Source: Caballeronia sp.
GTDB taxonomy: Bacteria; Pseudomonadota; Gammaproteobacteria; Burkholderiales; Burkholderiaceae
Length of the DNA stretch: 47,374 bases
Direction: 5' to 3'
Assembly (NCBI RefSeq): GCF_049581465.1
Contig: NZ_JBAUSA010000126.1
Coordinates: forward strand, 1 to 47,374
Below, in pieces: positions 9,201 through 20,448 of this stretch; within the stretch, counting starts at the first letter, position 1; each line of letters begins with the position of its first letter. The position numbers and the translations under genes were made by a program. The notes below the pieces were generated by a model. That model was not told where the DNA came from. It made no database searches and saw only the letters and a program-made list of their open reading frames with translations.

Positions 9201-10490
9201 TCAATAGATGGGGAAGCGTTCGCACAGCGCGAAGATTTCGCGGCGCACGCGCTGCTCCGTGGCGGCGTCGCCTTCCGGATGCTCGCGCAGCGCGTCGAAC
9301 ACTTCAACGATCAGCCGGCCGATATCGCGGAATTCGGCGACGCCGAAACCGCGCGTGGTACCGGCCGGCGTGCCGAGACGCACGCCCGATGTGACGGTCG
9401 GCTTTTCCGGGTCGAACGGGATGCCGTTCTTGTTGCAGGTGATGCCGGCGCGTTCCAGCGCGTGTTCGACTTGGTTGCCTTTCAAGCCCTTGGGACGCAG
9501 GTCGACGAGCAGCAAGTGGTTGTCGGTACCACCGGTCACCAGATCGACACCACCCGCCTTCAGTACTTCGCCAAGGGCCTTTGCATTGGCAAGCACGCTG
9601 TCGATATAAGTTTTGAAGCCGGGTTGAAGCGCCTCGCCGAAGGCCACCGCCTTGCCGGCAATTACATGCATCAACGGGCCGCCCTGCAGGCCGGGGAATA
9701 CGGCCGAGTTGATCTTCTTGGCAATGTCTTCGTCATTGGTCAGCACGAAGCCGCCGCGCGGTCCGCGCAGGGTCTTGTGCGTAGTCGACGTCACCACGTG
9801 CGCATGCTCGATCGGGTTCTGATGCCGTCCGGCCGCGATCACGCCTGCGATGTGAGCCATGTCGACCATCAACTTGGAACCGGCTTTATCGGCGATGGCA
9901 CGCAGGCGCTCGAAGTCCAGTGCACGCGGATAGGCGGAGAAGCCTGCGATCAACAGCGTCGGCTTATGCTGCATCGCGAGTTCTTCTACTTGCTCGTAGT
10001 CGATCAGCATCGTGTCGCGCCTGACGCCGTATTGAACGGCGTTGAACCACTTGCCCGACATGGCCGGCTTGGCGCCGTGCGTGAGGTGGCCGCCTGCATC
10101 GAGCGACATGCCAAGGACCGTGTCGCCGGGCTTGGTCAGCGCGAGCATCACTGCGCCGTTCGCTTGCGCGCCGGAGTGCGGCTGGACGTTGGCGAATTGG
10201 GCGTTGAACAGTTGCTTCACGCGATCGATCGCCAGCGTTTCGATCTCGTCGACAAATTCGCAACCGCCGTAGTAGCGCTTGCCGGGATAACCTTCCGCGT
10301 ACTTGTTGGTCAGCACCGAGCCTTGCGCTTCCAGCACGGCCTTCGAAACAATATTCTCGGAGGCGATCAATTCGATCTGCGATTGCTGGCGCTCCAGTTC
10401 TTTAAGAATGGCGCTGCGTACCGGCGAATCGCGCGTGGCAAGCGATTCCTCGAAGAAAGGGGCGGCTGGGCGGTTTGACGTATTTGACAT
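9201..10490 (-). CDS. glyA: Serine hydroxymethyltransferase
   Basis: [25 protein letters not shown] lysine motif [14 protein letters not shown]. Confidence 0.97.
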   Translation of the reverse strand: MSNTSNRPAAPFFEESLATRDSPVRSAILKELERQQSQIELIASENIVSKAVLEAQGSVLTNKYAEGYPGKRYYGGCEFVDEIETLAIDRVKQLFNAQFANVQPHSGAQANGAVMLALTKPGDTVLGMSLDAGGHLTHGAKPAMSGKWFNAVQYGVRRDTMLIDYEQVEELAMQHKPTLLIAGFSAYPRALDFERLRAIADKAGSKLMVDMAHIAGVIAAGRHQNPIEHAHVVTSTTHKTLRGPRGGFVLTNDEDIAKKINSAVFPGLQGGPLMHVIAGKAVAFGEALQPGFKTYIDSVLANAKALGEVLKAGGVDLVTGGTDNHLLLVDLRPKGLKGNQVEHALERAGITCNKNGIPFDPEKPTVTSGVRLGTPAGTTRGFGVAEFRDIGRLIVEVFDALREHPEGDAATEQRVRREIFALCERFPIY

Positions 10491-10609
10491 TGAAGCATCC
10501 GTGAGTTCGGGGACAAGTCGTTTTATGGAAAGGCGGGATCAGGGATTTGGCTTGGAACGCCCGCCTGACCCGCTTGTCCGATGCGTCTATTCTTGATCCG
10601 CGCCTCACG

Positions 10610-10652
10610 TGTCAATTTACGAATTTAGACGTGTTCTTGGCTTTTTCCGACA
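10610..10652 (-). promoter_or_regulatory. Putative GbdR-type tandem box plus TTGACA -35 for the glyA-dgc-gbcA operon
   Basis: Minus strand TGTCGGAAAAAGCCAAG, a second CGTCT half-site 21 bp later, then TTGACA at 10615-10610. Confidence 0.55.
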
Positions 10653-10803
10653 TAGGCGTCCAATTTCCTCAAGTCGCCAACCGCCCCAACCGCGCACCTA
10701 ACCGCCCTCACGAGGTGCGCCCCCCGCGGGCGGAGCCCTCTGTCGGTGCGTAGTTAACTGCTTAAAAAAACGCGATTCCCAAGACCGCTAGGGTTTGGCC
10801 CGA

Positions 10804-10819
10804 TGGCATGCAAGTTGCA
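10804..10819 (+). promoter_or_regulatory. Sigma-54 (-24/-12) promoter of gbdR
   Basis: TGGCATGCAAGTTGCA: GG-N10-GC spacing, matches TGGCAY-N5-TTGCW, 75 bp upstream of the start codon. Confidence 0.7.
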
Positions 10820-10893
10820 AACCTCGACAGAATGTCTATCGGCCGTGTCCCCACAGCCGCATCACATTACAGATTCGAAGGAATCATTCCTCA

Positions 10894-11889
10894 ATGTCTC
10901 CCAATCGCACTGCGTCGCTGGCGCATTTTGCGTTCATGCCGTTGCCCAACTTCACGATGATCGCGTTCACCAACGCGATCGAAGTGCTCCGCATGGCGAA
11001 CTACCTGACCGGGCAAACACTGTATCGCTGGTCGATCGTGAGCCCGGATGGCGGTCCTGTCGCGGCAAGCAACGGCCTCTCGGTCGATACCTCACCGGTC
11101 GATGGCGTGGGACAACCGGACATCGTATTCGTGGTCGGAGGAATAGACGTACAGCGCGAAACAACCACGGACCATCTGGCCGCGCTAAGGCGCTTTGCGC
11201 GCCTGGGCTGCGCGCTAGGCAGCCTTTGCACCGGAACGTACGCGCTCGCACGAGCCGGCCTGCTTGCGGGCTACGCCTGCGCGATCCATTGGGAGAACAT
11301 GTCGGCGCTGAAAGAAGAATTCCCCGAGACGCGATTTCTGAAGGAGCTTTTTGTTGTCGACCGGGATCGCGTGACGTGTACCGGCGGCGTGGCGCCGCTC
11401 GACATGATGCTGAACCTGATCACACCGCGTGTAGGGACGGCGACGGTCACGCAGATTGCGGAGCAGTTCATCGTGGAGCATGTTCGCGATACCAGCGCGC
11501 AACAACGCATGCCGCTAGTGGCACGGCTCGGATCGGCGAACAAGTCGCTGTTCGAGGTCATCTCGCTGATGGAAAACAACATAGAGGAGCCGCTTTCGCG
11601 TGAGGAACTCGCACGGCTCGCAGGCATGTCGCAACGACAACTTCAGCGCTTGTTTCGCGAGCATCTGGGCATGACACCCACGCATTACTACCTGACACTG
11701 CGCCTGCGCCGCGCGCGAGAACTGTTGTTGCAGACCGACATGTCGATCATGCACATCACGATGGCCTGCGGGTTCCAGTCCGCGTGTCACTTCAGCAAGA
11801 GCTATCGCGATTCGTTCGGCACCGCGCCCACGCGCGAACGCCGGCGGCAACTTCCGCCGCTCGCCGTGGCCTCTGCAATGGTTGCCTGA
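10894..11889 (+). CDS. gbdR: GATase1-AraC (GlxA family) regulator, GbdR paralog 1
   Basis: PNFTMIAFTNAIEVLRMAN, CTG and IHWEN motifs, C-terminal AraC HTH (CGFQSACHFSKSYR), divergent from glyA. Start moved to ATG 10894. Confidence 0.88.
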   Translation: MSPNRTASLAHFAFMPLPNFTMIAFTNAIEVLRMANYLTGQTLYRWSIVSPDGGPVAASNGLSVDTSPVDGVGQPDIVFVVGGIDVQRETTTDHLAALRRFARLGCALGSLCTGTYALARAGLLAGYACAIHWENMSALKEEFPETRFLKELFVVDRDRVTCTGGVAPLDMMLNLITPRVGTATVTQIAEQFIVEHVRDTSAQQRMPLVARLGSANKSLFEVISLMENNIEEPLSREELARLAGMSQRQLQRLFREHLGMTPTHYYLTLRLRRARELLLQTDMSIMHITMACGFQSACHFSKSYRDSFGTAPTRERRRQLPPLAVASAMVA

Positions 11890-11891
11890 AA

Positions 11892-11925
11892 GCGCCGCTC
11901 TTAAGCCCTTAAGCTTGAGCGGCGC
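11892..11925. terminator. Hairpin between convergent gbdR and fdhA
   Basis: GCGCCGCTC...GAGCGGCGC 9-bp stem; weak U-tracts. Confidence 0.5.
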
Positions 11926-11945
11926 GTGACCTTTAGTTAGCGACC

Positions 11946-13145
11946 TTACGCGGCCTTCAGCATGCCGTGCGGGTCGATCACGAATTTGCGCGGCGCGCCG
12001 CCATCGAATTGACGATACCCATCCGGCGCCTGGTCGAGCGTGACCACCGAGACGTTCACTATATCGGCGATCGGCAAGCGGTCCCACAAGATGGCCTGCA
12101 TCAAATTGTGGTTGTACTTCATGACCGGCGTCTGCCCGGTGAAGAACGAATGCGACTTCGCCCACCCCAGGCCGAAGCGAATACTCAAGCTGCCTTTCTT
12201 TGCCGCGGCGTCGGTAGCACCCGGGTCGTCGGTGACGTAAAGACCGGGAATGCCGATCGCTCCCGCCGCGCGCGTGATTTCCATCAGCGAGTTCAACACG
12301 GCCGCCGGCGCCTCTTCATTGTGTCCGCTGCTACCGTGCCCATGCGCCTCGAAGCCCACGCAATCCACTGCACAGTCCACTTCAGGCGTACCCAGGATCT
12401 GTGCGATCTGGTCGCCAAGCGTCGCATCCTTCGACAAATTCACCGTCTCGAAGCCCATCTTGCGCGCATGGGCGAGGCGGGCCTCATTCATGTCGCCGAC
12501 GATCGTACAAGCCGCTCCCAACAACCGCGCCGACGCCGCAGCCGCCATGCCGACCGGACCCGCACCCGCGATATAAACCGTCGCGCCCGGCTTCACACCG
12601 GCCATCACAGCGCCGTGATAGCCGGTCGGCAAGATGTCGGAAAGGCAAGTCAGGTCGCGAATCTTCGACATGGCCTGGTCGCGATCCGGAAACTTCAGCA
12701 GATTAAAGTCGGCATACGGAACCATCACATATTCAGCCTGGCCGCCGATCCAGCCACCCATATCGACGTAACCATAAGCGCCGCCTGCCCGCGACGGATT
12801 GACGTTCAGGCAGACACCGGTGTGCTGCGACCTGCAGGTCGCACAGCGTCCGCATGCGACGTTGAACGGCACCGAAACCAGATCGCCAATGGAAAGCGTT
12901 TCCACGTCGCGGCCTATTTCGATGACTTCGCCCGTGATTTCGTGCCCAAGCACGAGTCCGACCTCAGCGGTCGTGCGGCCACGCACCATGTGCTGGTCGG
13001 AGCCGCAAATGTTGGTCGTCACGACCTTGAGGATCACGCCATGGCCGATCTGGCGCCCGCGTGGATCGACCATCTTCGGATAGTCGATCGATTGAACTTC
13101 GACCTTGCCCTGGCCTAGATAAACAACGCCGCGATTGCTGCTCAT
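11946..13145 (-). CDS. fdhA: Glutathione-independent formaldehyde dehydrogenase
   Basis: NICGSDQHMVRGRT, GHE, structural Zn CGRCATC...C, LSDILPTGYHGA. Start moved to ATG 13145 behind GGAG. Confidence 0.93.
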   Translation of the reverse strand: MSSNRGVVYLGQGKVEVQSIDYPKMVDPRGRQIGHGVILKVVTTNICGSDQHMVRGRTTAEVGLVLGHEITGEVIEIGRDVETLSIGDLVSVPFNVACGRCATCRSQHTGVCLNVNPSRAGGAYGYVDMGGWIGGQAEYVMVPYADFNLLKFPDRDQAMSKIRDLTCLSDILPTGYHGAVMAGVKPGATVYIAGAGPVGMAAAASARLLGAACTIVGDMNEARLAHARKMGFETVNLSKDATLGDQIAQILGTPEVDCAVDCVGFEAHGHGSSGHNEEAPAAVLNSLMEITRAAGAIGIPGLYVTDDPGATDAAAKKGSLSIRFGLGWAKSHSFFTGQTPVMKYNHNLMQAILWDRLPIADIVNVSVVTLDQAPDGYRQFDGGAPRKFVIDPHGMLKAA

Positions 13146-13229
13146 GCTTGTCTCCTTGTCTCGTGGACGGCTTCTCGTGGCATGGAACGCCATGCACCGT
13201 GCAAAGAGCGTAGTCCCGTGACGCTCTGC

Positions 13230-13271
13230 AGACGTATATGCAACACGACATCGGCTTGGCAGAAACCGACA
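13230..13271 (-). promoter_or_regulatory. Putative GbdR/SouR-type tandem box upstream of fdhA
   Basis: Minus strand TGTCGGTTTCTGCCAAGCCGA-TGTCGTG, half-sites 21 bp apart. Confidence 0.6.
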
Positions 13272-13280
13272 CGACGCTTT

Positions 13281-13304
13281 TTATTGATTGACCGTTCAAT
13301 ATAA
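13281..13304. promoter_or_regulatory. BetI operator
   Basis: ATTGACCGTTCAAT palindrome (13287-13300) in AT-rich flanks just upstream of betI, matching the known ATTG-N6-CAAT BetI box. Confidence 0.8.
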
Positions 13305-13348
13305 AATACCTACGATCACGTCGATCTCCCGATTCGACGGAAAACACC

Positions 13349-13948
13349 ATGCCCAAGCTTGGAATGCGGGAAATTCGCCGGGCGCAATTGATCGACGCCA
13401 CGCTGCTGACTATCGACCATTCCGGCCTCGCCGGCACGACGCTCGCGTCGGTGGCGCAGCGCGCGAGTATTTCGACCGGCATTGTCAGCCACTATTTCGG
13501 CGATAAGGACGGCCTGCTCGAAGCCACCATGCGCCACGTGCTGCGCGACCTCTGGAGTGCGACATCGCGCAAGCGACGGGCGGCGCGCGATGAACCGCGA
13601 GCGCGGCTACGTGCCGTGGTCGCGGCGAATTTCGATGCCGCGCAAACCAGCAACCCGGTGATGAAGACGTGGCTCGCGTTTTGGTCCGAAAGCATGCATA
13701 AGCCGCAATTGCGGCGATTGCAGCACGTCAATACGCGACGCTTGTATTCCAATTTATGCGCTGATTTTTCCAGGGCGCTCCCACGTGCCGCCGCACGTCG
13801 CGCCGCAAGCGGCCTGGCGGCACTGATCGATGGCTTATGGTTGCGCGGCGCGTTGTCAGGCGAACCGTTCGACACGAAAGCCGCGCTTCGCGTGGCTAAC
13901 GACTACATCGACCTCGTCCTGGATAGTCGCGGCCGACCCCTCTCCTGA
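13349..13948 (+). CDS. betI: TetR-family choline-responsive repressor
   Basis: [41 protein letters not shown]. Confidence 0.96.
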   Translation: MPKLGMREIRRAQLIDATLLTIDHSGLAGTTLASVAQRASISTGIVSHYFGDKDGLLEATMRHVLRDLWSATSRKRRAARDEPRARLRAVVAANFDAAQTSNPVMKTWLAFWSESMHKPQLRRLQHVNTRRLYSNLCADFSRALPRAAARRAASGLAALIDGLWLRGALSGEPFDTKAALRVANDYIDLVLDSRGRPLS

Positions 13949-13960
13949 AAGGAACATGCG

Positions 13961-15430
13961 ATGCTCGCATTCGAACTGCAACGTCTGTACATCGGCGGCG
14001 CCTACGTCGACGCCACGAGCGGCGAAACCTTCGACACGCTCGACCCCGCCACGGGTGAAACACTTGCCAGCGTGCAGCAGGCGAGCGCCGCGGATATCGA
14101 CCGTGCCGTGCGATCCGCACACGCGGGCCAGCGCGAATGGGCAGCAATGACCGCGATGCAGCGCTCCCGCATCCTGCGACGCGCCGTGGACATCCTGCGT
14201 GCGCGCAACGATGAACTCGCGTTGCTCGAAACCCGCGATACCGGCAAGCCCATCGCCGAAACGCAAGCCGTCGATATCGTCACCGGCGCGGACGTCATCG
14301 AGTATTACGCAGGACTGGCAACCGCAATCGAAGGGCAGCAGATCCCGTTGCGGCCGAGTTCATTCGCCTACACGCGACGGGAACCGCTTGGCGTATGCGC
14401 GGGCATCGGTGCGTGGAACTACCCGATCCAGATCGCGTGCTGGAAGTCGGCGCCTGCGCTCGCGGCCGGCAACGCGATGATTTTCAAGCCGAGCGAGATC
14501 ACGCCATTGAGTGCGTTGAAACTGGCTGAGATCTATTTTGAAGCGGGCGTGCCGGCGGGCGTGTTCAACGTCGTGCAGGGCGACGGGCGTGTCGGCGCTT
14601 TGCTCGCGGCGCATCCGGGCATTGCGAAGGTCTCGTTCACGGGCGGTGTGGAGACAGGCAAGAAAGTGATGTCTCTGGCGGGCGGCTCGTCGCTGAAGGA
14701 CGTCACCATGGAGCTGGGTGGCAAGTCTCCGCTCATCGTTTTCGACGACGCGAATCTCGAACGCGCCGCCGACATTGCCATGAGCGCCAACTTCTACAGC
14801 TCGGGCCAGGTCTGCACGAACGGCACGCGCGTGTTCGTGCAACGCACCGTGTTCGAGCGCTTCGAAGCGCTCATACTCGAACGCGTCAAGCGCGTCCGCG
14901 TGGGCTCTCCAACGGACACGCAGACCAACTTCGGCCCGCTTGCCAGTGCGGCTCAATTGCACAAGGTGCTGGGCTTCATTGAAAGCGGCAAGCAGGAAGG
15001 CGCGCGGCTGATCGCGGGGGGATCGCGAATCGTGCACGGGGCGTTCGCACAAGGCCAGTATGTCCAGCCGACCATCTTCACCGATTGTCGCGACGACATG
15101 CGTATCGTGCGCGAGGAGATCTTCGGACCCGTCATGAGCATTCTCGTATTCGAAGAGGAAAGCGAAGTAATCGAACGGGCCAATGCAACAGAATATGGAC
15201 TCGCGGCGGGCGTCGTCACTGAGAATATCGCCCGTGCACATCGTGTGATTCACGCACTTGAAGCCGGCATCTGCTGGATCAATACATGGGGAGAGTCGCC
15301 GGCGGAAATGCCCGTGGGCGGCTACAAGCAATCAGGCGTGGGGCGCGAGAACGGCATCACCACGCTCGAGCACTATACGAACATCAAGTCCGTGCAGGTC
15401 GAACTCGGCCCCTATCAACCTGTGTTTTAA
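13961..15430 (+). CDS. betB: Betaine aldehyde dehydrogenase
   Basis: [20 protein letters not shown], catalytic GQVCTNG, EEIFGPV. Confidence 0.96.
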   Translation: MLAFELQRLYIGGAYVDATSGETFDTLDPATGETLASVQQASAADIDRAVRSAHAGQREWAAMTAMQRSRILRRAVDILRARNDELALLETRDTGKPIAETQAVDIVTGADVIEYYAGLATAIEGQQIPLRPSSFAYTRREPLGVCAGIGAWNYPIQIACWKSAPALAAGNAMIFKPSEITPLSALKLAEIYFEAGVPAGVFNVVQGDGRVGALLAAHPGIAKVSFTGGVETGKKVMSLAGGSSLKDVTMELGGKSPLIVFDDANLERAADIAMSANFYSSGQVCTNGTRVFVQRTVFERFEALILERVKRVRVGSPTDTQTNFGPLASAAQLHKVLGFIESGKQEGARLIAGGSRIVHGAFAQGQYVQPTIFTDCRDDMRIVREEIFGPVMSILVFEEESEVIERANATEYGLAAGVVTENIARAHRVIHALEAGICWINTWGESPAEMPVGGYKQSGVGRENGITTLEHYTNIKSVQVELGPYQPVF

Positions 15431-15441
15431 GGAGCCATGCG

Positions 15442-17130
15442 ATGAGCTCGAATCAGTATGACTACATTGTCGTGGGCGCGGGTTCGGCGGGCAACGTGCT
15501 CGCGTCGCGCCTGACGGAAGACGCCGACGTGAGCGTGCTTCTGCTTGAAGCAGGCGGACCGGACTATCGATTCGACTTTCGCACGCAAATGCCGGCCGCG
15601 CTGGCATTTCCATTGCAGGGGCGACGCTATAACTGGGCTTATGAAACCGATCCCGAACCGCACATGAACAACCGTCGCATGGAATGTGGCCGAGGCAAGG
15701 GTTTGGGGGGATCGTCGCTGATCAACGGCATGTGCTACATCCGCGGCAACGCGCTCGACTACGACGGCTGGGCCGGCATTAAAGGCTTGGAAAACTGGAC
15801 CTATTCCGATTGCCTGCCGTACTTCCGCAAAGCCGAAACGCGCGACGCCGGACCCAATCCGTATCACGGCGGCGACGGCCCCGTGCATGTCACGACATCG
15901 AAGCCCGGCAACAATCCGCTCTTTGCTGCAATGGTCGAAGCGGGTGTCCAGGCAGGTTATCCGCGTACCGACGACCTCAACGGTTATCAACAGGAAGGCT
16001 TCGGTCCGATGGACCGGACCGTCACGCCGAACGGCCGGCGCTCCAGCACGGCGCGGGGATATCTCGACCGCGCGAAGCATCGTCCGAACCTGACGATTCT
16101 CACGCACGCGCTCACCGATCGCGTATTGTTCGCGGGCAAGAAGGCCATCGGCGTGGCATACCTGCATGGCGGCGAGCACATCACTGCGCATGTGCGGCGG
16201 GAAGTGCTGGTGTGCAGCGGAGCCATCGCTTCGCCACAATTGCTCCAGCGTTCCGGCGTGGGGCGTTCAACCTGGCTGCGCGAGCTGGACGTGCCCTTGG
16301 TCCTTGACCTGCCGGGGGTAGGCGAGAATCTTCAGGACCACCTGGAGATGTACATGCAGTACGAATGCCTCGAACCCGTATCGCTCTACCCCGCGTTGCA
16401 GTGGTGGAACCAGCCGGCCATCGGGCTCGAATGGATGTTGCATGGCTCAGGGATTGGCGCAAGCAACCAGTTCGAAGCCGGCGGTTTCATCCGTACCCGC
16501 GACGACGACCTCTGGCCGAACATTCAGTACCACTTCCTTCCTGTCGCGATCAATTACAACGGCTCCAATCCGATCAGGATGCATGGTTTCCAGGCTCACG
16601 TCGGATCGATGCGCTCGCCAAGCCGCGGCCGCATCAAGTTGACATCACGCGATCCGAATGCCCATCCGAGCATCCTGTTCAACTATATGTCGGACCCGCT
16701 GGACTGGCGCGAATTCCGCGACGGCATCCGCATCACGCGCGAGATCATGCGTCAACCGGCGCTCGAGCCGTATCGCGGACGCGAACTGTATCCCGGCGCA
16801 GACCTGACCACCGACGACCAGCTCGACGGATTCGTCCGGCAGCGCGCCGAGACGGCGTTTCACCCATCCTGCTCATGCAAGATGGGTTACGACGACATGG
16901 CCGTCGTGGACAACGAGGGCCGCGTGCACGGACTCGAATCGCTGCGCGTGATCGACGCGTCGATCATGCCGCGGATCGTCACCGGGAACCTGAACGCGCC
17001 GACTATCATGCTGGCCGAGAAGCTTGCCGACAGTATCAGGGGGCGCCAAGCACTGGGTCGCGTCGATACGCCTTACTTCGTCGCGCAGGGTGTGAAGGCG
17101 CGGAAAATGGAGCCGGTTATCGCCGTTTAA
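15442..17130 (+). CDS. betA: Choline dehydrogenase (GMC oxidoreductase)
   Basis: [38 protein letters not shown]. Start moved to ATG 15442 behind AAGGAG. Confidence 0.96.
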   Translation: MSSNQYDYIVVGAGSAGNVLASRLTEDADVSVLLLEAGGPDYRFDFRTQMPAALAFPLQGRRYNWAYETDPEPHMNNRRMECGRGKGLGGSSLINGMCYIRGNALDYDGWAGIKGLENWTYSDCLPYFRKAETRDAGPNPYHGGDGPVHVTTSKPGNNPLFAAMVEAGVQAGYPRTDDLNGYQQEGFGPMDRTVTPNGRRSSTARGYLDRAKHRPNLTILTHALTDRVLFAGKKAIGVAYLHGGEHITAHVRREVLVCSGAIASPQLLQRSGVGRSTWLRELDVPLVLDLPGVGENLQDHLEMYMQYECLEPVSLYPALQWWNQPAIGLEWMLHGSGIGASNQFEAGGFIRTRDDDLWPNIQYHFLPVAINYNGSNPIRMHGFQAHVGSMRSPSRGRIKLTSRDPNAHPSILFNYMSDPLDWREFRDGIRITREIMRQPALEPYRGRELYPGADLTTDDQLDGFVRQRAETAFHPSCSCKMGYDDMAVVDNEGRVHGLESLRVIDASIMPRIVTGNLNAPTIMLAEKLADSIRGRQALGRVDTPYFVAQGVKARKMEPVIAV

Positions 17131-17166
17131 TTCGCGGCGATTGTTGACCGATTAATTGAATCTGTT

Positions 17167-17208
17167 CGGGCATCCCGGCCATCGTGGCCGGGATGCCCGT
17201 TTGCGTTT
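17167..17208 (+). terminator. Intrinsic terminator of betIBA
   Basis: Perfect 15-bp stem CGGGCATCCCGGCCA-TCG-TGGCCGGGATGCCCG followed by TTTGCGTTT. Confidence 0.8.
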
Positions 17209-17781
17209 ACCGGTACCAAAAGCACTCGCCGTCTATTTCCCGAAATTCTCGATCGCAATATATCGAAAACCGAAACGATCCGTATTAAGTCCGCAAAATT
17301 TATAGCGATCAATATCGCTTTATCTTGCGCGATTCAAATCGGCGTCTCGGAAGGACATCATTTCAAGCGCATCGATTCGCTTTAAGAATCCGCCGATCAA
17401 ATGACGATGGCCGCTCGGCAACAATGTGGACACTTAAGAGCGCGACTGAATTTATCCTATACCGACTCCTGTCCAGCTCTTTGCAACCTCGATTAGCTTC
17501 CGCTGCATGTTAGCGGCGTGGAATCTTGCATTCCGGGTTTTCTAATTAACCTCAGCATTTACATGCTCGTTTATTACGCGATTTTGAGTTCTGTGAAACG
17601 AAACGTGCTGAACCGATTAATCACGCAAACGCCTTTTTTAAATCTAGTTCAATGACCTCGATACATACGGCGCTAATGCAATGCCGCGAAGAACACAACT
17701 CTCGCCCTGGGCGATTGGCTGGGTCGATCGCGAACATTCTTGCCGGCGTTCCGGGCGTTGCTCCGCCAAAGCAGGGTAATC

Positions 17782-19170
17782 ATGCCAACCTCTAAAACCA
17801 TGCGGTATCGCTTGCTCGACGTCGCACTGGTCGTCACCGGTGCGATGGTCGCCAGCGAGTTTTGCGCAGCCGACCTCGCAGTGGCAGGCGCGCGCCTGTT
17901 CGCGGCCTCAGCGACCGCGTTCTCGGCGGCGCTCAGCCTTGCAATCTTCCCTCTGCTCGGCGTCTATCTGCTGCGCTCCCGCCGGGTGCTCGCCAGCTTG
18001 ACAGGACGCGTTCTCTTCGCCTGGTTCGCAACGCAGGCGTTTACCTTGTTAGTAACACTCACCATTCACCGCGCCAATCCGGCTCCGTATATCTGGTTTG
18101 CGTGCTGGACCGGCGTGACAGCCGGGACCCTGCTCGCGTCCAGGGTGATTGTGCACGCCATCCTCAGCCGGACGCGCCATGCCAGGTCGAATCTTCGCCG
18201 CGTGGCGATTGTCGGGACGGCCGAGCATTGCGAGCAACTCGTGCGAAAGATCGCTGCGACGCCCGAATCGGGTTTTAACGCGGTCATGACGCTCGACTTG
18301 AACGCACCGCCCGCCAACGCGGCCAGCGCCATTCCCCGCTACAACGAGATGTTCGCATTCGCTCAGCATGTGCGTTCGGAAAACGTCCGGGAGTTATGGC
18401 TTGCCCTGCCGATATCCGAACAAGCGCTGATCTCGGCATTGGTCGACGAGTTCCGCAACGACCTGATCAACATCCGGTTTCTGCCCGATGTGCGCAGTCT
18501 CGCCCTGTTCGACGGCGGTCTCGTCGACCTGATCGGCGTTCCTGCCATCAACCTGATCGCGTCGCCGCTATCTCCGCTCGCGCTGGCCAGGAAGGACATC
18601 TTCGACCGTGCGTTTGCAACTGTAGCCCTGGTCGCTCTAGCACCTTTACTGCTTGTCATTGCACTAGCCATCAAGCTTTCATCCCGCGGCCCGGTGCTGT
18701 TCACCCAACAGCGCAAAGGCGCCGATGGCCAGGTCTTTCGCATCCTTAAATTCCGCTCGATGACGATGCACACCCAACACGCAGGCGTCGTTCAGCAGGC
18801 AACGCGCAACGATCCGCGGATCACCGCCGTGGGCGCCCTGCTACGCCGCACCAGCCTCGACGAATTGCCGCAGTTCTTCAATGTGTTACGCGGCGACATG
18901 TCGGTAGTCGGCCCGCGGCCCCACGCGATCGAGCACGACGCGCTTTATCAGACGATCGTCGACGACTACATCCACCGCTATCGGATCAAGCCCGGTATTA
19001 CCGGCTGGGCGCAGATCAATGGGTTCCGCGGCGAAACGGATCGGATCGAAAAAATGCAAGGCCGTGTAGACCACGATCTTTTCTACCTGCGCAACTGGTC
19101 CTTCGCGCTCGACTTGCGCATTGTGATCGCGACCGTCAAGCGTGGATTTAAGCATAGCAATGCTTACTGA
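17782..19170 (+). CDS. wcaJ: Undecaprenyl-phosphate hexose-1-phosphate (priming) transferase, WcaJ/BceB family
   Basis: N-terminal TMs, KDIFDR, KFRSM, RRTSLDELPQFFNVLRGDMSVVGPRP, KPGITGWAQING. Start could be 17740 or 17800. Confidence 0.9.
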   Translation: MPTSKTMRYRLLDVALVVTGAMVASEFCAADLAVAGARLFAASATAFSAALSLAIFPLLGVYLLRSRRVLASLTGRVLFAWFATQAFTLLVTLTIHRANPAPYIWFACWTGVTAGTLLASRVIVHAILSRTRHARSNLRRVAIVGTAEHCEQLVRKIAATPESGFNAVMTLDLNAPPANAASAIPRYNEMFAFAQHVRSENVRELWLALPISEQALISALVDEFRNDLINIRFLPDVRSLALFDGGLVDLIGVPAINLIASPLSPLALARKDIFDRAFATVALVALAPLLLVIALAIKLSSRGPVLFTQQRKGADGQVFRILKFRSMTMHTQHAGVVQQATRNDPRITAVGALLRRTSLDELPQFFNVLRGDMSVVGPRPHAIEHDALYQTIVDDYIHRYRIKPGITGWAQINGFRGETDRIEKMQGRVDHDLFYLRNWSFALDLRIVIATVKRGFKHSNAY

Positions 19171-19256
19171 CGCCCGATAACCCCACATCAGGTGCTGGCG
19201 TCCTCCATCGAGAAGGGTAGCGCAAGCCGAACATCAACGAATACGAGATCGATCAA

Positions 19257-20414
19257 ATGAAGTCATCAATGAATAGTTCCGCCGACAGCGCGCCCAAGCG
19301 CGTGCTGCGTCTCGCTGCCATCGGAGCGGCCGGAACGCTGATGTCCGCGTGCGCAGCTTTGCCCGGCATGAACATGCAGGCGCCGTCCGCCCCAACGACC
19401 AGCACAACGTCGGAAGCCGCGCAGCCGTCGGCACAGGTTCCGATCGCCGAGATCGACATCCCGCTCATCAAGCAGATGCGTGACGCTGAACGCGACACCG
19501 CGTCGAGCGCCTCGCTCCTCGTCGCCCCGTCAACGCCTTACGTGCTTGGCACCGGAGACGTTCTGAACATCACGGTATGGGATCACCCCGAACTCGCCGC
19601 AGCCCAGTTTTCAGCGCCGCAATCCGCGCCACGTGCAGCGGACCCGGTCGCGGGCTTTGTCGTCGACGAGCAGGGCAATCTCACGTTCCCGTATGCGGGA
19701 CGCGTGCACGTTGCCGGTTTGCGCGCGGACGAGGCTCAGGCCGCGCTGGCGAAGTCTCTGACGAAGTCGTTTGTCGAACCGCAGGTGACCCTTCGCGTGG
19801 CGTCTTATCGTGCGGCCCAAATCTACGTAGACGGCGAAATCCATTCGCCGGGCCCTCAGTCGATCAACGACATCCCAATGAGCCTCTATGAGGCGATAAG
19901 CCGCGCAGGCGGCTTTAGTCCGGCGGCTGACCAAAGCCGCATGGTGCTCGTGCGCGGCGGCACATCCCACGCAATCAATCTTGCACAGATGCTCGATCGC
20001 GGACAAAACCCGTCCGATATCGTCTTGAAGAGCGGCGACGTCCTGCGGATACCGGCGCGCGACGAGAGCGGCGTGTTCGTGATGGGTGAAGTGAACAAGC
20101 CGACCACCGCAATGCCGATGAAAAACGGCAGGCTGACGCTGGCCGACGCACTCGCGCAAGCAGGCAGCGTGAGCACGACCTCATCCGATCCGGGCCACGT
20201 GTACGTGGTCCGCGACACCCTCGCCGACGTTCCGAAGGTGTTCCATCTCGACGCGCGCTCGCCCGTTTCCATGATCCTCGCCAATCAGTTCGACCTGCAG
20301 CCGCGCGACGTCGTCTATGTAGACACGAACAACCTCGTGCGCTTCAGCCGCGTCCTCAGTCTCCTGATGCCAGCGATCAACGCTGGCCTGACCGCGGGGA
20401 TCCTCACGAAATGA
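19257..20414 (+). CDS. wza: Outer-membrane polysaccharide export lipoprotein
   Basis: Lipobox LMSAC, PES motif YVLGTGDVLNITVWDHPEL, SLBB repeats, FDLQPRDVVYV. Confidence 0.92.
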   Translation: MKSSMNSSADSAPKRVLRLAAIGAAGTLMSACAALPGMNMQAPSAPTTSTTSEAAQPSAQVPIAEIDIPLIKQMRDAERDTASSASLLVAPSTPYVLGTGDVLNITVWDHPELAAAQFSAPQSAPRAADPVAGFVVDEQGNLTFPYAGRVHVAGLRADEAQAALAKSLTKSFVEPQVTLRVASYRAAQIYVDGEIHSPGPQSINDIPMSLYEAISRAGGFSPAADQSRMVLVRGGTSHAINLAQMLDRGQNPSDIVLKSGDVLRIPARDESGVFVMGEVNKPTTAMPMKNGRLTLADALAQAGSVSTTSSDPGHVYVVRDTLADVPKVFHLDARSPVSMILANQFDLQPRDVVYVDTNNLVRFSRVLSLLMPAINAGLTAGILTK

Positions 20415-20448
20415 TCGCTCACGCAAAACGTATAGACGGGTCGACTCA

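Noticed and set aside
10511..10580. ZTP (pfl) or glycine riboswitch before glyA
   Set aside because: Consensus elements are absent on the coding strand; the GCCCGCCTG look-alike is on the wrong strand
17143..17156. BetI-box-like GTTGACCGATTAAT after betA, with ACCGATTAAT repeated at 17612
   Set aside because: Three mismatches break the palindrome, it lies upstream of the terminator, and a 10-bp match in AT-rich DNA is plausible by chance
19214..19226. ops/JUMPStart-like GGGTAGCG before wza
   Set aside because: Does not match GGCGGTAG and is not in the operon leader
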